A stretch of DNA of 17,519 nt from Octopus sinensis (lineage: Eukaryota). The notes beneath the pieces are model-generated. The model did not search any database and was not told where the DNA came from. It saw nothing but the letters and a program-made list of their open reading frames with translations. The position numbers were made by a program, and so were the translations under genes. The stretch's first letter is position 1. Every line of letters begins with the position of its first letter. Where the stretch lies: positions 1-17,519 of the forward strand of contig NW_021824824.1 of assembly GCF_006345805.1 (NCBI RefSeq), given 5' to 3'. Below, piece after piece: positions 13,149 to 17,519 of this stretch.

Positions 13149-13523
13149 ACTTAAGTAAACGCAGAATCATATTAAAAAATAAAAATACAAAGTGTCTTTA
13201 TCATTGCCATCAAACGACCTACTACAAAGAGTTGAAGAGCCAAATGTTCACTACTATGCCATCAACTTTAACTAACTGAGTTAGAAAAACAGTGACTTCA
13301 GTGCATGATGAACAATGTTATTTGTAGTTAAAACGAAATACATGGGCTTTTGTAAAAGAATTGACACTTTTATACTGTGCAAAAATCCCTTTGCGCATTT
13401 CGAAATATCTTTATTGTCATCGAAATCTTTCTTTAAATAATGAAAAAATTTATTAGCAATTCTCGAACAAGATAACAGTTTATTAATATAAATTTTAAAA
13501 AATGTCGAAAAAGAAGTCATGGA

Positions 13524-13926
13524 TTATTTGTTCGTTGGCATGCCTGGTCTAGGCTGCTTCGGATGCATGCCTCTCCCGATCTTCTGATAGTTTTCTTTTA
13601 GGGATACTGGTAATAGGGGTTCATTTGAATTAAAATATTCTTCAATGACGATATTGCACAGTGTTTTGCAATTTTTCTCTAATAAATGTCCAAACAGTCG
13701 CCATCTAAACTCCATTTCATTTCATATTTTTTTGGCTATTGAATATTGAGTGAGGTTCGGATTTGTCGTCTATGGAATGAGTCCAGTTTTTCTTTGCTTT
13801 TGTACCCGAGATTGTATAGTAGGATATATAACGAATCGGACAACAAAGACTGGCTTGTTTCTGTTCCGCCTGTCAGCCATACTCAGGCTCTTGGCTGAAT
13901 GTATTCCCTTCTCCGCTTTTGGATAC
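13524..13926 (-). mobile_element. RTE-like LINE remnant (post-RT C-terminal region)
   Basis: Across frameshifts: ILLYNLG...KLDSFHRRQIRTSLNIQ*PKK, RWRLFGHLLE and PKQPRPG. These resemble the RTE-type LLY..W / LD.FHRR.LR.IL.I / RW.GH..R / RGRP series. Confidence 0.6.
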
Positions 13927-14724
13927 TACAGTACCGGTCATATGTTAGACATTCTGAAAAAATCCCAGTGTTTGATTTTTCTAAAGAAAATCCAATAAAA
14001 TAAAAGTTTTTTAGTAAGTATTATCTATATTATTTATATATTTATCATTTTCATATCTTATCTTCGCTTTATCTTCGACTTCTTCTTCATATGTTTAGGA
14101 TTTTGTCGAAATTGGCCCAGTCATATGTTTTAGACATTTTATTTAAATTCATTATATTTCAATAAAATTTATACTTTTTTCTATTTTTCGTATCGGAAAC
14201 GTGTTTTAAATTAATTTGAAAGCAGTTGCCACGACTTTCTGTTGAACAGCGTCATAGAATTGTTTTTATGCGAGAAAATGGTCATACCGTACAGGAAATA
14301 TCGATTTTACTTGGAATATCCAGATGCGCCGTAAATCACACACTTACCAACGGTATTTGGATGGAAATGGGTTTTACGACAGACCAAAATCTGGAAGAAA
14401 TTGTATTCTTTCGGCACGTGCTCAAAGGAATCTTGTACGTAGTCTCGACGTTTTCCCAAAAAAACAGCGAATGAAATCAGAAAAGACCTAAATATTACGG
14501 AAACCGTCAGTGTCGAAACTGTACGAAGAATCTTACGCAAAAATGAACTTTTCGTAAGAATAGCAGCCAAAAAACCTAGACTTTCAACAATAATATCAAG
14601 AAGAGAAAAATATTCTGCACAGAAACATTTCATTCGATTGGAATAAGGTCATTTTTACTGACGAGTGCCGCATCGAATTAATTTCGAAAGCACGAGAATT
14701 CGTAAGGAGACCTCCTGGAAATAG

Positions 14725-15507
14725 GAATAGGAATAGGAAGTTTTATTGGAAACAGAGAAGGGTTAAAGGTTAGGGGGGAGTTTGTATAATGAAACAATAG
14801 GACTACCCTATCGACTTCTTCCCAGAAAAAAAAAAAGAGACCCCCTCAAGTAAATTTTTTTTTTTTTTTTTTTTTTCTTTTCTACCTCTGCAGGTACGTC
14901 CCAGTGACAATTGAGTTGGATTTATAACTACTTATAGCTTTTTCGACAGTTTCACCGACCATGGAGGATTTACTTTCAAGCCACAGGGGGATTGGATCTT
15001 CAACTTTTTGGTGGTAAGCAAGCTTCAAAGCGAGCCTGCGAGACTTTTCAAATTTAGTTAAGATGGTGTCCTTCTTTTTAGAGAAGTACCATCCCTCTTT
15101 TCCGTATAGTAGTCCCGGTAGGATCACCGTATTGAAAACGTAGAGGAAAGTATCAGGCTCCAAATTTAACTTCCTCAGGCAGAACAGAGCATTAGTTGCT
15201 TTCCTTTACTTAATTTTGCGTTTTCGAGATAGTTTCCCTTTTCATCGATGAACAAGCCAAGATATTTAATTGAGTTTTGTCGAGGTATGTTCTTGATCAG
15301 GCACGGTAAATTTATTAAATTTCTGCTTTCTGTGATTCTCAGTAATGCGGACTTCTCACGCGCAATAATGAACATATTTTCATCGCACCATTGCTCCACT
15401 GTATTCATATATGATATAATCCTTTGTTCGGATAAGGCAGGTTTCGATGAAATGTCAAGGATTACAACATCATCGGCGTATATCAAATCGGCGTATATCA
15501 TCATCGG
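14725..15507 (-). mobile_element. 5'-truncated LINE fragment inserted in the Tc1 ORF with a 13-bp TSD
   Basis: TSD CTCCTGGAAATAG at 14712-14724 and 15508-15520. Encodes YADDVVIL, WCDENMF, IKYLGLFID and FNTVILPGLLYGKEGW. The 3' tail is about 2.5-3 TTCCTA units preceded by AATAAA. Confidence 0.9.
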
Positions 15508-15643
15508 CTCCTGGAAATAGATTCAATTCGAACTACAAACGAAAACTCAGAAATTCGCACCTTCAATCATGGTTTGGGGCGGTATCAGACACGATGGAAA
15601 AAGTGCCTTGATATTGTGCGAAGGAAATGTAGATTCCGTAGAA

Positions 15644-17413
15644 CAGTGGTTCTCAAACTTTTTTCCTTGCGTACCCCTTGCCATCTAAATAATTTTTCGC
15701 GTACCCCTTATCGATTTTTAAAAAATTAAGGAAAAAAAATATTTAATTATGAGATGGATGGTGTTGTTTATCAATCACTAATCTATCGATTTCTGGATCC
15801 TTTGACGAAAGACACACCCGAATATCATGAACAACATTCAGCCTCGCACGATGAACTGATTTTAAATTAAACAACGATGAAAATCCTTGTTCGCAGAGAT
15901 ATGTAGTCGGAAACAAAAGCAAAAAATCGATTATATAAAATCCAATATTGTGATATTTTGATGTCATTTTACACCAAAATTCAATTAATGGTGCAGATTC
16001 AAATAAGATTTTTGACTCGTAAGAATTTATTAATTCAATAACTTCTTCTTGAATATTTGAAGGCAAAACATTAACTTTTACGGAAAAAGGATTGACAAAA
16101 AACTTAAGATCTACTTCATTAATTTCAGGTATATATTTTTCAATTCATTCTTCAATCCAAGTAAATGGGAAGTTATTTGATGTTTTAAATTTTCTATTTC
16201 ATTAATTTTAGATGGAAAATGTTTTCATTCAACTTATCAAACATAGTAAAATTAGAATTTGTTGTATTATCTATCCACAGTTGGAGCTTCATACGAAAAG
16301 ACCTACAATATTGCATTATTTCGTAAAAAACCTTGTTTTTTCTAAAAAGTCAACAATGGTAACTCCCTTAGTTTGTACCGATAAATTCAAAGCATTAATT
16401 CGCGAAAAAATGTCCGTTAAATAAGATAGCATTACACCCCATACATATTTGATAACTTTGATAAATATAAATTTTTATTTTCGCGAAGAAAATATTCATA
16501 AATTTCATTCTTCAAACTGTGCACTCTGGAAAGAACATTTCCTTTGGATAACCATCGAACTTCTGTGTGATATAGTAAAACCTTCTCATCTGAACCAAAT
16601 TCTTCACAAATTGAATAAAAAATTCGCGAATTTAAAGGACTTTTTTGATATGATTGACAATTTTTAATAACATCGTCAAGAACATTTTTAAGTTCAAATT
16701 TTTTAAAGGCAGCACTTTTTATTTCAGTAATGACCTAATAATAATTAACCAGAAAATAACTTGTTCTTTTATGTTTTCGGATAGATCTCGTATTCTTCTA
16801 TTGACGGTATCATTTGAACATGGAATTTTTCGAACAATATGCTCCAATTTATTGCCAGGGAAACATTCAAACATGTCCTTAATGCACGGTATAAGAGATT
16901 CTCGGCAATTGTATGTGGTTTTTTGGCTTTTGCGATCCGATATGAAATCATGTAAGAGAGTTTTGATAGTAAAAAATTAATGTCAAAATGAAAGAATCGT
17001 CTATTTTCCGAATATTATCTTTTTTGTTCTTAAAAAAGTCATTTGGTTTTCCGATAGTTTCGAAATGATTAGAAACTTGATGCCGAGAAAGTAATGAAGG
17101 TTTCATGGATTCAGGCAAAGAATCTTTTGGCAAATAATACACTGCGGATGTGGCACACCGTTTTTAATCACAAAATAAAATCCATAGTTGAGATAACTAT
17201 CGTTGTATTTTCGAATCTTGTTAACAGGTAAACTCATAAGAAAAACTAGTAGCGTGGAGATTTATTTTATTATTAATTATTTAATTTAATTATGATTTTT
17301 ATTATAATTAGAATTAATAACTTTTTTATGTTGAAACGAAAATTAAATAGATTTTCAAAAAATTTTCGCGTACCCCCTACAGAATTTCGCGTACCCCAGT
17401 TTGAGAACCACTG
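15644..17413 (-). mobile_element. Internally deleted (non-autonomous) Buster-type hAT element with both TIRs and TSD
   Basis: Perfect 16-bp TIR CAGTGGTTCTCAAACT at 15644-15659 and 17398-17413. Two GCGTACCCC motifs at each end. TSD CCGTAGAA at 15636-15643 and CCGTAAGAA at 17414-17422 (one extra A), fitting nnnTAnnn. Relics ISYRIAKAKKPHTIAENL, HTEVRWLSKGNVL and FPTTYLCEQGFS...HPSH. The first catalytic Asp and TDGA region is deleted near 16740. Confidence 0.95.
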
Positions 17414-17519
17414 CCGTAAGAATATCAACGAATCTTGGAACAAGGGCTTTCTGAGATATATGATGATAACTTTATTTTCCAACAAGATGGTGCATCATGT
17501 CATACTTCACGGTCTACAA

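Larger units (their letters stand above)
13929..17519 (+). mobile_element. Tc1-family DNA transposon interrupted by two insertions; right end lies outside the window
   Basis: TA (13927-13928) followed by CAGTACCGGTCATATG. HTH region (L/M)PRLSVEQRHRIV...GISRCAV from 14226, then VSVETVRRILRK, WNKVIFTDE (D at 14660), FVRRPPGNRF, SIMVWGGI, GNVDSVEYQRILE and FIFQQDGASCHTS (D at 17486). The pieces join once 14725-15507 and 15644-17413, each plus one TSD copy, are removed. Confidence 0.92.

Overview
AT-rich eukaryotic DNA, very probably from an animal, with one host gene inside a dense field of transposon debris. The gene is MCM6 (+, 1271-3912). It has ten ultra-short GT-AG introns of 25-30 nt and at least six single-base frameshifts in its 3' 60%, which are most likely long-read consensus errors. 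The rest of the window holds: three different Buster-type hAT elements; a Vingi/Ingi-like non-LTR retrotransposon with a virus-like 2A (StopGo) peptide; four further LINE remnants; a Ginger-like (HHCC integrase-type) element with host-style 26-nt introns; and a Tc1 element that sits in an RTE remnant and is itself interrupted by a LINE fragment and a Buster element with recognisable TSDs. The most unusual signals are the splice-site grammar of the mini-introns (0/10 donors have +5G, no CAG acceptors), a hairpin (P-nucleotide) footprint consistent with a one-ended hAT cleavage, mini-introns inside transposase genes, and an ATG-less 2A-led LINE ORF. No rRNA, tRNA or CRISPR was seen. Family assignments rest on motifs recalled from memory; no searches were run. 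I found no clearly new multi-gene system.
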